Positions 40,143 through 53,790 of a DNA stretch of 64,000 nt are shown piece after piece (position 1 is the first letter of the stretch; every line of letters begins with the position of its first letter). Location of the stretch: the NCBI RefSeq assembly GCF_009914755.1, contig NC_060933.1; one strand, 5' to 3'. The DNA is from the human T2T-CHM13v2.0 reference genome, Homo sapiens. The notes beneath the pieces are model-generated. The model was not told the DNA's origin, made no database searches, and saw nothing but the letters and a program-made list of their open reading frames with translations. Both the position numbers and the translations under genes were made by a program.

Positions 40143-40543
40143 TACTCTGGTTTGAATATCTCTTCCAAAACTCATGTTGAAATTTGATCGCCAGTGTGAT
40201 GATATTGGGAAGTGGGGCCTTTGAAATGTGATTAGGTCATGAGGTCACTGCCCTCATGACTGGCTTAACGTTATTATTATTTCAGGAGTGAGTTGGTTAT
40301 TGCAGAAACAGGTTTCTGATAAAATGGATGAGCCCTATTCTCTGTCTTGCAAGCTCACTTGCCCTTCTGCTCTTTTGCCTTTCTGCCCTTCTTCCCCTCT
40401 GCCATGGAGTGACCTTCATCAGATGCCAGCACCATGCTCTTGGACTTCTCAGCCTCCAGAACTCTCAGCCAAATAGAGTTCGGTCCTTTATAAATTACCC
40501 AGTCTGTGATACTCTGTGAGAGCAGTAGAAATTGAACTAAAAC
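40143..40543 (+). mobile_element. MaLR solo LTR (MSTC/D-like)
   Basis: CTGGTTTGAATATCTCTTCCAAAACTCATGTTGAAATT...ATAAATTACCCAGTCTGTG...GAACTAAAACA. Confidence 0.82.
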
Positions 40544-40544
40544 A

Positions 40545-43500
40545 GAGAGTAAATCTACTAAAATTTTAATAGATCAATATGAGAGAAACAGATGATCTAG
40601 CTGCCACATCATCTCCTCAATCTGTAATGACTGCAAGAGATTGCCTCAATGTATTTCAGGCCTGATGAATTTAAAACATACGATGATGATTAGTAGAAAA
40701 ATCTAAATTCCTCCAGAACCAGTGCCAATTAAAATGGTATGAAGTAAAGTATGAAATTATGATTCTGAGTCAGGGTATGACCAGGTTTATTTGCTGCAAC
40801 CCCATCAAGGGACCTAAAGCATTTTGAATTGGTACATAAAATTGCCTGGAGGTAGTGTGGAGACTTTAATGGAATTTTTGGACACTAGTGCACAATGTGC
40901 TAAAATGAAACATGCTAACAAATAAAGTGTAATATAATTAGGGGGATAAAGTGGTGCAATTGTAGAAAGATTAAAATTTAAAGTTATGCTTAAGGTATAC
41001 ATTTTAGAATGAAAGTTACATATGTTTGTTGTATCACCCCTACCAGAAAGTATTTCTGAAATGTATCTGATGTCTGAATGGAAGATATTTCCCTTATGTG
41101 AATAATCAGATTATGCAAATCTTCATTCTGTTTTAATAGAGTATGCTACATGGGAGCCTTTAGAATTATCTGAACACACTCAAGTGGCTAATGTAGGATA
41201 CTAGGGTTCATCGAGAAATTTTGGCTTTAATTAAGGATATGTGTATTAGTACAATTTTCTCATATAATCATCCAAAATGGCCTGCAGTCAATGGATCCTG
41301 GAGGTTAACTGTTAACTATTGGGACTAAATAATGTGATCACTACAATAACCTCAGCCATACCTAAAGTTGTGTTAACAATTCAAAATGTGCATCAAGCTA
41401 GGGAGATTGGTATTTTGTGATCTATTTAACTAATATATTATCTTCTATTTCTATTTCAGAACAAATTCAAAGCCAGTAAAGATGGATACCAATGCATAAT
41501 TACTGTGTTCCCAGAGGACATTTAAATTGTCTTGTTTATTGCCACATTATAGTGAGGAGACATTATATTCAATTGAAAATTACTGTTATTAATTATTTTG
41601 ATGATGTAATTCTGTTTTAATCTGAATGTCAAACTGAATTACAAATGATGGTAAATAATACAGCCACCAGGGAGTGATTGATTAAACTTTCTAAAATATA
41701 GGGTCAAACACAAGCAGTATTTTTTCTGAGGATTTTTAGAAATTATTTGGGCTGAAATCACTAGAAGACATTCCTCAAACAATCAAAAATAACTTATTAT
41801 TCTGTGAGCTCCAAAATCAAAACAAGAGACTAAAAAATTGATTGATTGATTTATGAATAAATCATATATCATATCTGGTAATATTATTATTCTCCATTCA
41901 CAGAACTGCCAGGGGATAAGGAAATGCTGAATTTGAATGGAGCTCTGAACTGTTAACATCAGGGGCTCTGAACAACAGCAGATGCCCTTGGAGCTTCTAA
42001 TAGCCATTGCCCTGTTGAAACCTTTGGAATCCTAAAACCCCAATTCTCATATATTACTAGCAGTGTCAAATTGTAATCACAATGATGGGAGCTTTTGGCC
42101 AAATTCCATTACTGCTACTACACTGGGACAACCATGGGGATTTTACCATAGACAATTACTGTAGGAGGCCTCCAGTTTCATGCCTTTTGAAAGTCAATCA
42201 TTGGCATGTCAAGCATTAATTTAGGCTTATTCTGTTAGGAAAGTATGTAAAATTATTTTGACAACTGAAATATGCATAATATTATGGGTCATATGAGAAG
42301 AGCATTCCAACAGAAAGATAAATGCACATAAGCGTTCCTGGTTAAATGGAAATGGCATATTCAAGAACATGAGAAAGTGGACAAGTGGAGGTATCCATAG
42401 CATACATGAAAAGGTCTGCTATGTCTTTGGCCACATACTAATCTCCTTGAGTTTTTTACCCCATAGACAAATGGACCCCTCCCTATTACCAGTTATCAGA
42501 GGATGCCAAACAAGCAGCACCATGTCTACTCTCCACCATGTCAAGCGTAGAAAGCTGACACTCAACTTCAAAGATAACAACATTGTGACTGGTCTATAAC
42601 TGCACTTCAAAAAAGAAAAAGATAAATCTGCCCAGTGGCAGAATTAACACTGTATCTCATCATCAGAGAAACTAGATAATAAAAACAATAATATAGTATA
42701 CACAATTCTTAGGCAGCAGAGTATGGATTGGCAATTTAGTCTGAAAAATGAGCCTTATAAAAACTGAAAGATAACAAGGGAATCCATGTATGAGATGGTA
42801 AGTTACAGAACATTTTATGGACCTGAAGAGGGATAACCAAAGTGGGATAGGTCTACGCCTGTCATAAAATTTCATTCTGAATTCAGAAAAGGACTAGAAT
42901 AAACAAATGGAAGACTTCATTAGCTCTTTGAAAGTGGCCTCTTGGAGACATGAAACAAAAAGGCATGGAAGCATTCAAGCAGTGCAACAATGTGTGCAAA
43001 AAATATGCATCCCACTCTCTCGAAGCTGCAAATGTACCAAAAATTGTTATGCTTATCAGCATAAAGAAATTGGAAACTAAAAGCAGTTATGGACTATGCA
43101 TTAATTTCCTAGGGCTGCCATGACAAAGTACCACAAACTCGATTACTTAAAACACCAGCAATGTATTATCTACAGTTCTGGAAGCTCAAGTCCAACTCAG
43201 GGTGTTAGCAGGGTCAAGATTCCCTGAAATTGGTAGGGGGAAATCTTCCCTTGCCTCTTCTTAACTTTGGGTGATTTGTCAGGAATCCTTGGCATTCCTT
43301 GGCTTGCAACCATGGTGCTTCAGTCTCTGCCTCCATTGTCACATGGCATTTTCCCCCATGTGTCTTGTGTCTCTTTGTCTCTGCTGTTCTTACAAGGACA
43401 CTAGTCATATTGTATCAATAATTCACCTTGCTCCAGTATGATCTCATCTTAACTAATTACAACTGCAATGACCCTATTTCCAAATAAGGTCACCTTCTGA

Positions 43501-44950
43501 GGATTCTGACGTTAGGACTTCAACACATCTTTTGGAAGGACACAATTCAACCCAAAATATAATATTTACTGAAAGGATCCAGGAAGACTTAAAGTTAGCA
43601 AGTGGATTATATTGGCCATTACCCTTAGTTCCAGGTGGATAAAAATGACTCTTGAATAAGAGAGACACTCGTTCAGGATTTGGATTTGCATACTTAGAAA
43701 ATAAAGCAAATACCACTACCACTATTAAAGGCTTATAACAAGCTTATACTAATTTGAATGTTCAATACCTAATTAAGGGATCTATTTTACTCCAAGTTAA
43801 ATATAACAAGTTATGAAGCATCATATACAATAGACTCATCATATACATCGATGTACAAAGTGGACTGATTGAAAACCTAAATCTGCTTATTAAATGTAGG
43901 GAGGGTGACAGGAGACTGGTAGGATAACTTTCACAACTGAATGAATTTGTGTCAAAATATATGTATGTTAAAGAAAAGAGGGATTGATGAATACATTATT
44001 GAGATATATTTATAAAGACATGGAAAAGTGACAGGAAAGATATAAGCACTTACAGAAACTTCCCTATTTCTAATTTTTTTCTTTGCTTGATAATATTGGT
44101 GAAACACAGATAGCATTTTTGAGTTTTGGAGGAAGGATCAGTTGCTGAACATGATGCTGTGACAGTATCTCTAAATATAACTGTCCATCATTCCTTCAGA
44201 ATGAGTCATTCCTTCTTTTCATTTTTTAAAATGTGGGATTCGTGGGCTTTGTCTCTTTCCTGCTCAGTGGATGAGGCAGGCCTATCTGTTTGTGTTTGTC
44301 TAACCCTACTCCATACAATGATGAACAGATGAAGGGGAAAATCATTGGGTAGACTTTTGTTGCTGCCAGTTTTTTGGATCAGTCATCTTAATGCACTTAA
44401 CAACCTAACCTCAAGGAGGATAATCTGGGTAAAAATTAATAAAAATAAAAGAAGGGTAAGTATTTACTGATATAGAAGAAAGCAAAGAAAAAAACCAATT
44501 ACACAAAAAGAAAAGGCTAACATGAACTGGTTATCTCAGGAGATGTTGATAGCAAGAGACTATTATCTCTTGGATGTATTTTTAAATGCCATCCACAAAA
44601 ACAAAGCTATTTTCCTGCAGAAACCTTCTTTCTTTAAAACCTTTGTTTAAAACATGTTCAAAGTGTCATGTGCTCTAATGGTGGAGGACGGTAAGCAAAG
44701 TAACAAATAATTGACAAATTGAAACCATTGTTAGGTCAGGGTTTGCTGAGGAAGCCTATGGGAATCTCTTTAGCTTCCTCAAACTAAATTGTATTTGTAG
44801 GTTACTAACTCCTGTTATGATAGTGTCGTTGGGAAATCAACATTTGGGGTTCAAAATGTGTACTCAGACTATTGACAGATTGAAACCATTGTTACGTCAG
44901 GGTAACCAGCAATAAGTCATTAATGCAAATAACATGTTTGATATAATTAC
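40545..44950 (+). mobile_element. Decayed class III (ERVL-type) provirus: gag end, protease, RT, RNase H, integrase and probable 3' LTR remnant
   Basis: Hand translation through frameshifts: FLDTSAQC (D at 40881), VVSPLPESI, SYNHPKWP..NGSWRLTVNY, WYFVIYLTN, YFDD (41594-41605), PFESQSLAC, LVKWKWHIQ, QVDYIG (~43599), DTRSGFGFAY. Confidence 0.85.
43097..43560 (-). mobile_element. MLT1C-like LTR inserted in the ERVL integrase
   Basis: Minus strand reads GGGTTGAATTGTGTCCTTCC...GACCTTATTTGGAAATAGGGTC; absent from the paralogous copy at ~23490. Confidence 0.85.
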
Positions 44951-47121
44951 AAAAGGATAAATTTAGCAAGAGAATAGAATAATTCTAAATAAATCTATAT
45001 ATACCCTAAACTGGAGTACCCAATACAAATAAAATTAGGTTGGTGCAAAAATAATTGTGGTTTTGATAAAATTCAGCATCCCTTCATAATAAAAACTCTC
45101 AACAAACTAGGCATAGAAGGAACATATCTCAGCATAACAAAACGTTATGCTGAGGCCATATATGACAAACCCACAGAAAACATAATCCAGAATGGGGACA
45201 AGCTGAAAGCCTCTCCTCCAAGAATTGGAACTAGATAAGAATACCCACTTTCACCACTCCTATTCAACATAGTACTGGATGTCCAACCCAGAGCAATTAA
45301 GCAAATATAAAAATAAATTAGAAAATAAGTAAATTAGAAAAGAGGAAGTCAAATAGTCCTTATTTGCAGATGACATGTTCTTATATTTAGAAAAATCAAA
45401 AGACTCCACCAAAAACTCTTAGATCTGATAAATAAATTCAGTAAAGTTATAGGATACAAAATCAATATACAAAAATCAGTAACATTTCTAGAAACCATAA
45501 ACAAAGTAGCTGAAAAGGAAATCAATAAGTAAATCCCATTTATAATAGCTAAAAGAAAATAAAATACTTAGAAATAAGTGTAACCAAGGAGGTAAAAGAT
45601 TTCTACAAGGAAAACCTCAAAACACTGGTGAACGAAATTGAGGAGGATGGAAATGGAAAGACATCCACACTCATGAATTAAAAGAATTAATACCATTAAA
45701 ATGACCATACTATCCAAAGCACCTATAGATTCAATGAAATTCCTATTGAAATGCCAATGTCATTTTTCACAGAAACAGAAAAAGAAATTCTAAAATTCAT
45801 ATGGAACCAAAAAAGGGCCCAAATAGCCAAAGCAATCCTGAGCAGAAAGAACAAAGCTGGAGACTTCACACTACCTGACTTCAAAATATATTCCAAGGCT
45901 ATAACAAACAAAATATCATGGTGCTAGTATTAAAATAGACATATAGACTGACAGAAAAGAATAGAGAATCAGAAATAAATCCACATATTTACAGCCAACT
46001 AATTTTTAACAAAGGCATCAAAAATCTATATTGGGAAAGAGACACCCTCTTTAATAAATAGTGCTGGGAAAACTGAATATCCATATGCAGAAAAATAAAA
46101 CTAGACCGCTAAGTCTCACCACATAAAAAAATCAACTTAAAATGGATTAAATACTTAAATGTAAAACCCAAAACTATAAAATTATTAGAACTAAACATGG
46201 GGGAAACACTCCATGACATTGATCTAAGCAATGACTTCATGGTTAAACCCCAAAAGCACAAGTAACAAAAATACAAAATAGACAAATGGGGCTAGGTTAA
46301 ATAAAAAGTTTCTGCACAGCAAAGGAAACAATCAAGAGTGAAGAGACAGCCCACAGAATGACAGAAAATATTTGCAAACTATTTATCCAACAAAGGACTA
46401 ACATCCAGAATACACAAGGAATTCAATAGCAAAAACAGTCCCATTAAAAAGTAGGCAAAGAATCTGAATAGATGTTTTTCAAAAGAAGACATATAAATGG
46501 CCAAGAAGTATGTAAAATATGCTCAACATCACTAATCATCAGGGAATGCAAGTCAAAACCACAATGAGATATTAGCTTACCCAGCTAGAATGGTTATTAT
46601 CAAAAGACCCCCCACTCCTTCCCCCCAAAAAAAGCAGATGCTGAGGAGGATGCAGAGAAAAGAGAACTCTTATACACTTTTGGCGGGAATGTAAATTAGT
46701 ATAGCCATTATGGAAAACAGTATAAAGTTTTCTCAGTAAAACTAAAAATAGAACTACCACGTGATCCAGCAATCTTACAACTAGGTATTTATCCAAAGGA
46801 AAGGAAATCAGTATATTAAAAGGATACATGTACCCCCATGTTATTGCAGCACTATTTACAATAGCAATGATATGAAATCAACCTAAGTGTCCGTCAATAG
46901 ATGAATGAACAAAAAAAAAATTGCTATATATACACAGTGCAATACTACTCGGCCATAGGGAAAAAAATAAAATTAAGTCACTTGCAGCAACATGGGGGAA
47001 CTGCGGGTCATTATGGTAAGTAAATTAAGCCAGACACAGAGAGACAACTGTTGCAGGTTCTCACTCATATATGGGAGTTTTACAAAAAAGTTTTACTTAC
47101 AGACAAAGAGAATAGAATGAT
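44950..47121 (+). mobile_element. L1MA-type element, 5' part; its 3' end resumes at 52168-52835
   Basis: ORF2 RT to C-terminal region and 3'UTR; split by an L1PB with TSD AGAATAGAATGAT. Confidence 0.85.
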
Positions 47122-48335
47122 GGATCAGGTGGGGGAAAATGGCAGATTGGAGGCAGGACTAACTTGCAGCTCCCACTCCAGTGGACAGAGCAGTGTGTGG
47201 AGACTCACATCGTGAACTTTTGCTCCAAGAACTACCACAGGAACATACCGGGAAAGCCAAGAGGATCCACAGACCCTTTGAAGGAGGCAGATTGCTGTTG
47301 CAGGCCCCTGGAAATAGCAAAAAAAAAAAAAAAAAAAACTGAGTGTCCAAAGTGTGAAACTGTGAAAGGGGAGGATCATCCACCCCCAAACACACACCCT
47401 CACTAGGGAACCTGAAGGTCCATATCACAGAAGGATTTGACCTTACCTGGAGCTGAGACAAATTTAGAGAGCCGAGCAAAACACAACGGTAAAAGAAACA
47501 GTGGGAAGAGCCCTGTGGGCACTCTTTGTCCCCTGGAAAACCATTTCTGACTTTGTCTTACAGGGGTTCTTGAGGAGGGCTGCAGAGGAACTAGGAAAAG
47601 ATCACAGGGAGAAGGAAACTTCCAGATGATCTTTGTAACAATTTCAACCAAGCGCTAAGTTTTCTGGACAGAACCTGAGGCAGGAGGTGAATTGGAAGTG
47701 CAGACATAGCACAGAAGCTGCAGCAGGCAGGGAGGTGCAAAACCTGAAAGCCCTGCTTACTTTCTCCCCCCGCCTCCCCTCCCCAAGGCTGGTAGCCTGG
47801 GGCAAGTTCTCAGCCCTTCTCACCCACTGCCTGGAAATTAACTCAATGCTGTTGGTGGCGACACCGTGGAAGTGAGACCAGACTTTTGGGCTGCGGGGGA
47901 GCTAGGTGAGGCCTGTAACTGCTGGCTTTCCCCCACATCCCTGGTAACCTGCATGACACAGCGAAAGCAGCCATAATCCCCTGGGAACATAACTCCATTG
48001 GCTTGGTAACCACACCCCTAACCCCTACAGCAGCCACAGCAAGCCCCAGCCAAGGAGACTTTGAGCTCAAAAATGCCTAACCCTGCCTCTACCTGATGGT
48101 CTTTCTTTACCTGCTCTGGTAGCTGAAGACAAAGGACAAAATCTCTTGGGAGCTCTAGGGCTCCGCCCACCACCTGATCCTCTCTATACTACTGCAGCTG
48201 AAGCTCTCTTAAAAGTCCCACCTCCTGGCTGGAGGCCAACTAACAAAAAACTAGTGCAATAAACAAAACTACAACCAAAGACTCTCACAGAGCCCACTTC
48301 ATTCCCCTGACACCTCCACCAGTGCAGGTGCTGGC

Positions 48336-48630
48336 GTGGCAGACCAGGATTCACTAACCCAGGCCTCCATCACAACTGTTTCAGTACTGACTGAGTGGTT
48401 AGGTTAAATATTAAAAGCTAAAAAAGCCAGTCCGAAGGCTGGAATGTAACAAAAGCCCATCAAGAGTTTTACCTAGGCTTTCCTGGGCCTTAAAACATGA
48501 CAAAATAATGAAGGAATTCTTAACAGGACCCGTTTAGGAATAAACAAGTTTTATTGGGGTTCTGAAGAAACCCCTCAGGACTCTACAAACAAGTTTATTG
48601 GAGGTCTGAAGGAACTCCCCAAACCTCCCT
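48336..48630. mobile_element. ERV1-type LTR fragment, family uncertain
   Basis: GTGGCAGACCAGGATTCACTAACCCAGGCCTCCATC...; internal repeat AAACAAGTT(T)TATTGG..TCTGAAG. Confidence 0.6.
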
Positions 48631-49137
48631 AACAACCTAATTGCTCTTCTTAAAGGATACAGAAAAACAGAATTCACCAACCAAGTATCTGCTATCTTCA
48701 AGAGACTCGCCTAACACATAAACATTATTGGAGTAGACATTTAAGGCTATGAACTTTCCTCTTAGCACTGCCTTTGCTGTATCACAGGGATGCAGCGAAG
48801 GTTTAATACACGCAAGTTAACAAATGTGATACACCACATAAAAAGAATTAAAAACAAAAATTACATGATCACCTCAATAGACACAGAAAAAGCATTTGAC
48901 AAAATCCAGCATCCCTTTATGATTAAAATCCTCAGCAAAATCAAGGACACACCTTAAGGTAATAAAAGCCACCTATGACAAACCCACAGCCAACATAATA
49001 CTGAACGGGGAAAAGTTGAAAGCATTCCCCGTGATAACTAGAACAAGACAAGGATGACCATTCTCACTACTTCTATTCAATATAGTACTGGAAATCCTGG
49101 CCAGAGCGATCAGACAAGAGAAAGAAATAAAGGGAAT

Positions 49138-49566
49138 CCCATCAATGATAGACTGGATAAAGAAAATGTGGCACATATCCACCATGGTATACTATGCAGC
49201 CATAAAAAAGAATGAGTTCGTGTCATTTGCAGAGACATGGATGAAGCTGGAAACCATCATTCTCAGCAAACTAGCACAGGAACAGAAAACCAAACACCAC
49301 ATGTTCTCACTTATAAATGGGAGTTGAACAATGAGAACACATGGACACAGGAAAGGGAACATCACACACCATGCCTCTCGGGGGGTGGGGTCAAGGGGAG
49401 GGAGAGCATTAGGACAAATACCTAATACATGCAGGGCTTAAAACCTAGATGATGGGTTGATAGGTGCAGCAAACTACTGTGGCACATGTATGCCTATGTA
49501 GCAAACCTACACATTCTGCACAAATATCCCAGAACTTAAAGTAAAATTTTAAAAAAAGAAACAAAC
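49138..49566 (+). mobile_element. Short L1PA 3' end nested in the L1PB
   Basis: MIDWIKKMWHI...KTKHHMFSL followed by L1PA 3'UTR; imperfect TSD AAAGAAA(T/G)AAAGGG(A/C)ATCC. Confidence 0.88.
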
Positions 49567-49606
49567 AAAGAAAGAAAGGGCATCCAAATTGGTAAAGAGG
49601 AAGTCA

Positions 49607-49915
<309 letters not shown>

Positions 49916-51044
49916 AAGTCACACTATCACTCTTTGCTGATGACATGGTTGTATGCCTAGAAAACCCTAAAGATTCCTCCAAAAAGCTCCTAGAACTAAT
50001 GAATGAATTCAGCAGAGTTTCAGGATACAAAATTAATATACATAAATCAGTAGTTCTCCTATACACCGACAGTGGCCAAAATAAGAATCAGATCAAGAAC
50101 TCAACCCCTTTTACAATAGCTGCAAAAAAATTAAAATACTTAGGGATATACCTAACCAAGGAGGTGAAAGACCTCTACAAGGAAAACACTGTTGAAAGAA
50201 GTCATAGACAACACAAACAAAAGGAAACATATCCCATGTTCATGGATGAGTAGAATCAATATTGTGAAAATTACCACACTGCCAAAAGCAATCTACAAAT
50301 TCAATGCAATTTCCATGAAAATACCACCATCATTCTTAAAAGGACTAGAAAAGACAATTCTAAAATTCATATGGAACCAAAAAAGAGCCCATACAGCCAA
50401 AGCAAGACTAAGCAAAAAGAACAAATCTGGAGTCATCACATTACCTGACTTCAAACTATACTCTAAGGCCATAGTCACCAAAACAGCATGGTACTGGTAT
50501 AAAAATAGGTACTTAGATCAATGGAACAGAACAGAGAACCCAGAAATAAAGCCAAACACTTATAGCCAGCTGATCTTTAACAAAGCAAACAAAAACATCA
50601 AGTGGGGAAAAGACAACCTATTCAACAAATGGTGCTGGGATAATTGGCAAGCCACATGTAGAAGAATGAAACTTGATCCTCATCTCTCACCTTATACAAA
50701 AATCAACTCAAGATGGATTAAGGATTTAAATCTAGACATTGGCTTAGGCAAAAACTTCATGAACAAGAACTCAAACACAAATGCAACAAAAACAAAGATA
50801 AATAGATAGGATTTAGTTAAACTAAAAAGCTTCTTCACAGCAAAAGAAACAATCAGCAGAGTAAACAGAAAACCCACAAAGTGGGAGAAAATCTTCACCA
50901 TCTATACATCTGACAAATGACTAATATACAGAATCTACAAGGAATTCGGATGAATTAGCAAAAAAAAAAAAAAAAAAAAACAATCCCATCAAAAAGTGGG
51001 CAAAGGACATAACTAGACAATTCTCAAAAGAATATATATAAATG

Positions 51045-51338
51045 AACTGGGTGTGATGGGTCACGCCTGTAATCCCAGAACTCTGGGAGGCCTAGGCGGG
51101 CAGATCACTTGAGGTCAGGAGTTCGAGACCAGCCTGACGAACACAGTGAAACCCTGTCTCTACTAAAAATACAAAAATTAGCTGGGCATGGTGGTGCACG
51201 TCTGTAATCCCAGCTACTCAGAGGCTGAGGCAAGAGAATCACTTGAACCTGGGAAGCAGAGATTGCAGTAAGCTGAGATCGTGCCACTGCACACCAGCCT
51301 GGATGACACAGCAAGACTCCGTCTCAAAAAAAAAAAAA
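51045..51338 (+). mobile_element. AluS
   Basis: Full dimer with an imperfect TSD (AGAAT.TATA.AAATG). Confidence 0.9.
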
Positions 51339-52239
51339 AAGAATGTATACAAATGGCCAAGAAACATGAAAAAATGCTCAACATCACTAATGATCAGGGA
51401 AATGCAAAACAAAATCACAATGAGATAACACCTCACTCCTGCAAGCATGGCCATAATTTAAAAATAAAAAAATAATAAATGTTGACATGGATGTAGTGAA
51501 AAGGGAACACTTCTACACTGCTGGTGGGAATGTAAACTAGTACAATCATTATGGAAAACAGCGTAGATATTTCCTAAAGAACTAAAAGTAGAACTACCAT
51601 TTGATCCAGCAATCCCACTACTGGGTATCTACCCAGAGGAAAAGAAGTCATTATATGAAAAAGATACTTGCACATGCATGTTTACAGCAGCACAATTTGC
51701 AATTGCAAAAATATGGAACCAGCCGAAATGCCCATCAATCAACAAGTAGATAAAGAAACTGTGGTGTATAGAATACTACTCAACCATAAAAAGGAACGAA
51801 ATAATGGCATTCACAGTGACCTGGATAGAATTGGAGAGCATTATTCTAAGTGAAGTAACTCAGGAATGGAAAATCAAACATTATACATTCTCACTTATAA
51901 GTGGGAGGCTAAGCTATGAGGATGCAAAGGCATAAAAATGATACAATGGACTTTGAGGATTTGGGAACAGTTTGGGAGAGGGGTGAGAGATAAAAGACTA
52001 GACATTGGGTATAGTGTAAACTGCTCAGGTGACAGGTGCACTAAAACCTCAGAAATCCCCACTAAAGAACTTATTCATGTAGCCAAACACCTCCTGTTCC
52101 CCCAAAAACCTATTGAAATTAAAAAAAAAATTACAGGAAATATGTCACAGAGAATTTGTGGGTAGAAAGAATAGAATGATAGTTGCCAGAGGTTGGGGTG
52201 TTTGGGGGTGGGAGGGCAGTGTTAAAGAGAGGTTGGCTA

Positions 52240-52528
52240 GGCCAGGCACAGTGGCTCACACCTGTAATCCCAGCACTTTGAGAGGCCAAAGCAGATTGAT
52301 TGCAAGGTCAGAAGTTCAAGACCAGCCTCACCAAGATGGTGAAGTCCCGTCTTTACTAAAAATACAAAAATTAGCTAGGCGTGGTGGCAGGCGCCTGTAA
52401 TCCCAGCTACTCGGGAGGCTGAGGCAGAGAACTGCTTGAACCCAGGAGGCAGAGGTTGCAGTGAGCCGAGATCGTACCACTGCACTCCAGCCTGGGCAAC
52501 AGAGTGAGACTTCGTCTCAAAAAAAAAA
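52240..52528 (+). mobile_element. AluS
   Basis: Full dimer inside the L1MA 3'UTR. Confidence 0.9.
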
Positions 52529-53449
52529 AAGGACAGGTTGGTTAATGAGTACAGATGCACAGTTAGATAGAAGGAATAAGTTCTAATGTTCAATAGCAGA
52601 GTACGATGACTATAGTTAACAATAATAGTATATATTTCAAAACAGCTAGAAGAAAGGACTTGAAATGTTCCCAACACATAGAAATAATAAATGTTCAAGG
52701 TGATGAATATCTTAACTTAAATACTCTGACTTTACTGGTGCACATTCTATGCGAATAATAAAACATCACATATACCCCATAAATTTATGCAAATATCATA
52801 TATCACTAAAAAGTGAAATAAAATTTAAAAATTAATAAAATCAAAGAGGAATTGTTTTTAATCAGAGGTTACATTCTGTTCCACATGCTTCAATTCTGAC
52901 ATGGGTCTAGAGAAAAAGTAAAGCTCATTTTAAAATTTTTAATGATATTTAATTGTCAGCTTAAATTATTTACATATTTCTAACCTAGCTTTTCTGTACT
53001 CATTGCAGAATGTAGACGCAATATTCTAAAAGCTCATTCTGGGCTCTTATGAGTGAGAGACGGGGCAGTGCCACAGATTGATTGCAGGAGCTAGAGTCAC
53101 AAATGGTAGATTTAAGATATTTTTTATTCTCTTATATGCTGGCTGGACAACCTTCAGCAAAACAGTTGAACTTCCTATCTCAGGTTTACATCTGTCTAAT
53201 AGGAATAATTATATTAACTCATGGTAGTATTCTAAGAACTCCATCAGATATTTGAAAGCATTATGCAAATGAGGGTGATTTATTCATTTGATTATGGAAA
53301 GTTTTCAGATAATTCTTAAAAATAAAAAACAATACTTATTAAAGACTTTTTCTGTTTATTGGGGTCTCAAAATCTTCACATATTGTGATAATGCAGACAG
53401 CAATATATTTACTATTTGAATTGCATTAGAACAAGAATATACCAATCAT

Positions 53450-53790
53450 ATGATATAATTGAGTCTGATGACATTATCCCTGGAGTTTTAGAAAGTTTTT
53501 AATTCTCCATGTTTACCTTCTTACCTGTAATTTGTTGTAAATATTGGACCCCTCCCTGAGTCACCCCAAAAAGAATTTAAATTGCCTTGTTGTTGTAATG
53601 GCCGGTCCTTTGGAGGATGTTTCTGGTGCTCAAAATGTAGCAAAACACTTAAGTCACCATAAAAGCCCCTAGAACCTATGGGCCTGTATCTTTTTTCTCC
53701 AAAATTAAACTAGAAACTCTACACCTGAGTTTCAGAATTTTATACAGCTTCATCTATCAGTTTTACCTGAGGAATAAACTACAGGTAAGT
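53450..53790 (+). promoter_or_regulatory. Putative OR13C8 promoter and non-coding exon 1 (donor CAG|GTAAGT at 53785-53790)
   Basis: TAATTG 53456-53461, O/E-like TCCCTGGAG 53477-53485, TTTAAATTGC 53576-53585; same order as in the other two promoters. Confidence 0.65.

Noticed and set aside
50192-50809. 205-aa ORF, and the 133-aa ORF at 49852-50253
   Set aside because: Frameshifted fragments of L1 ORF2, not a host gene or an active L1.
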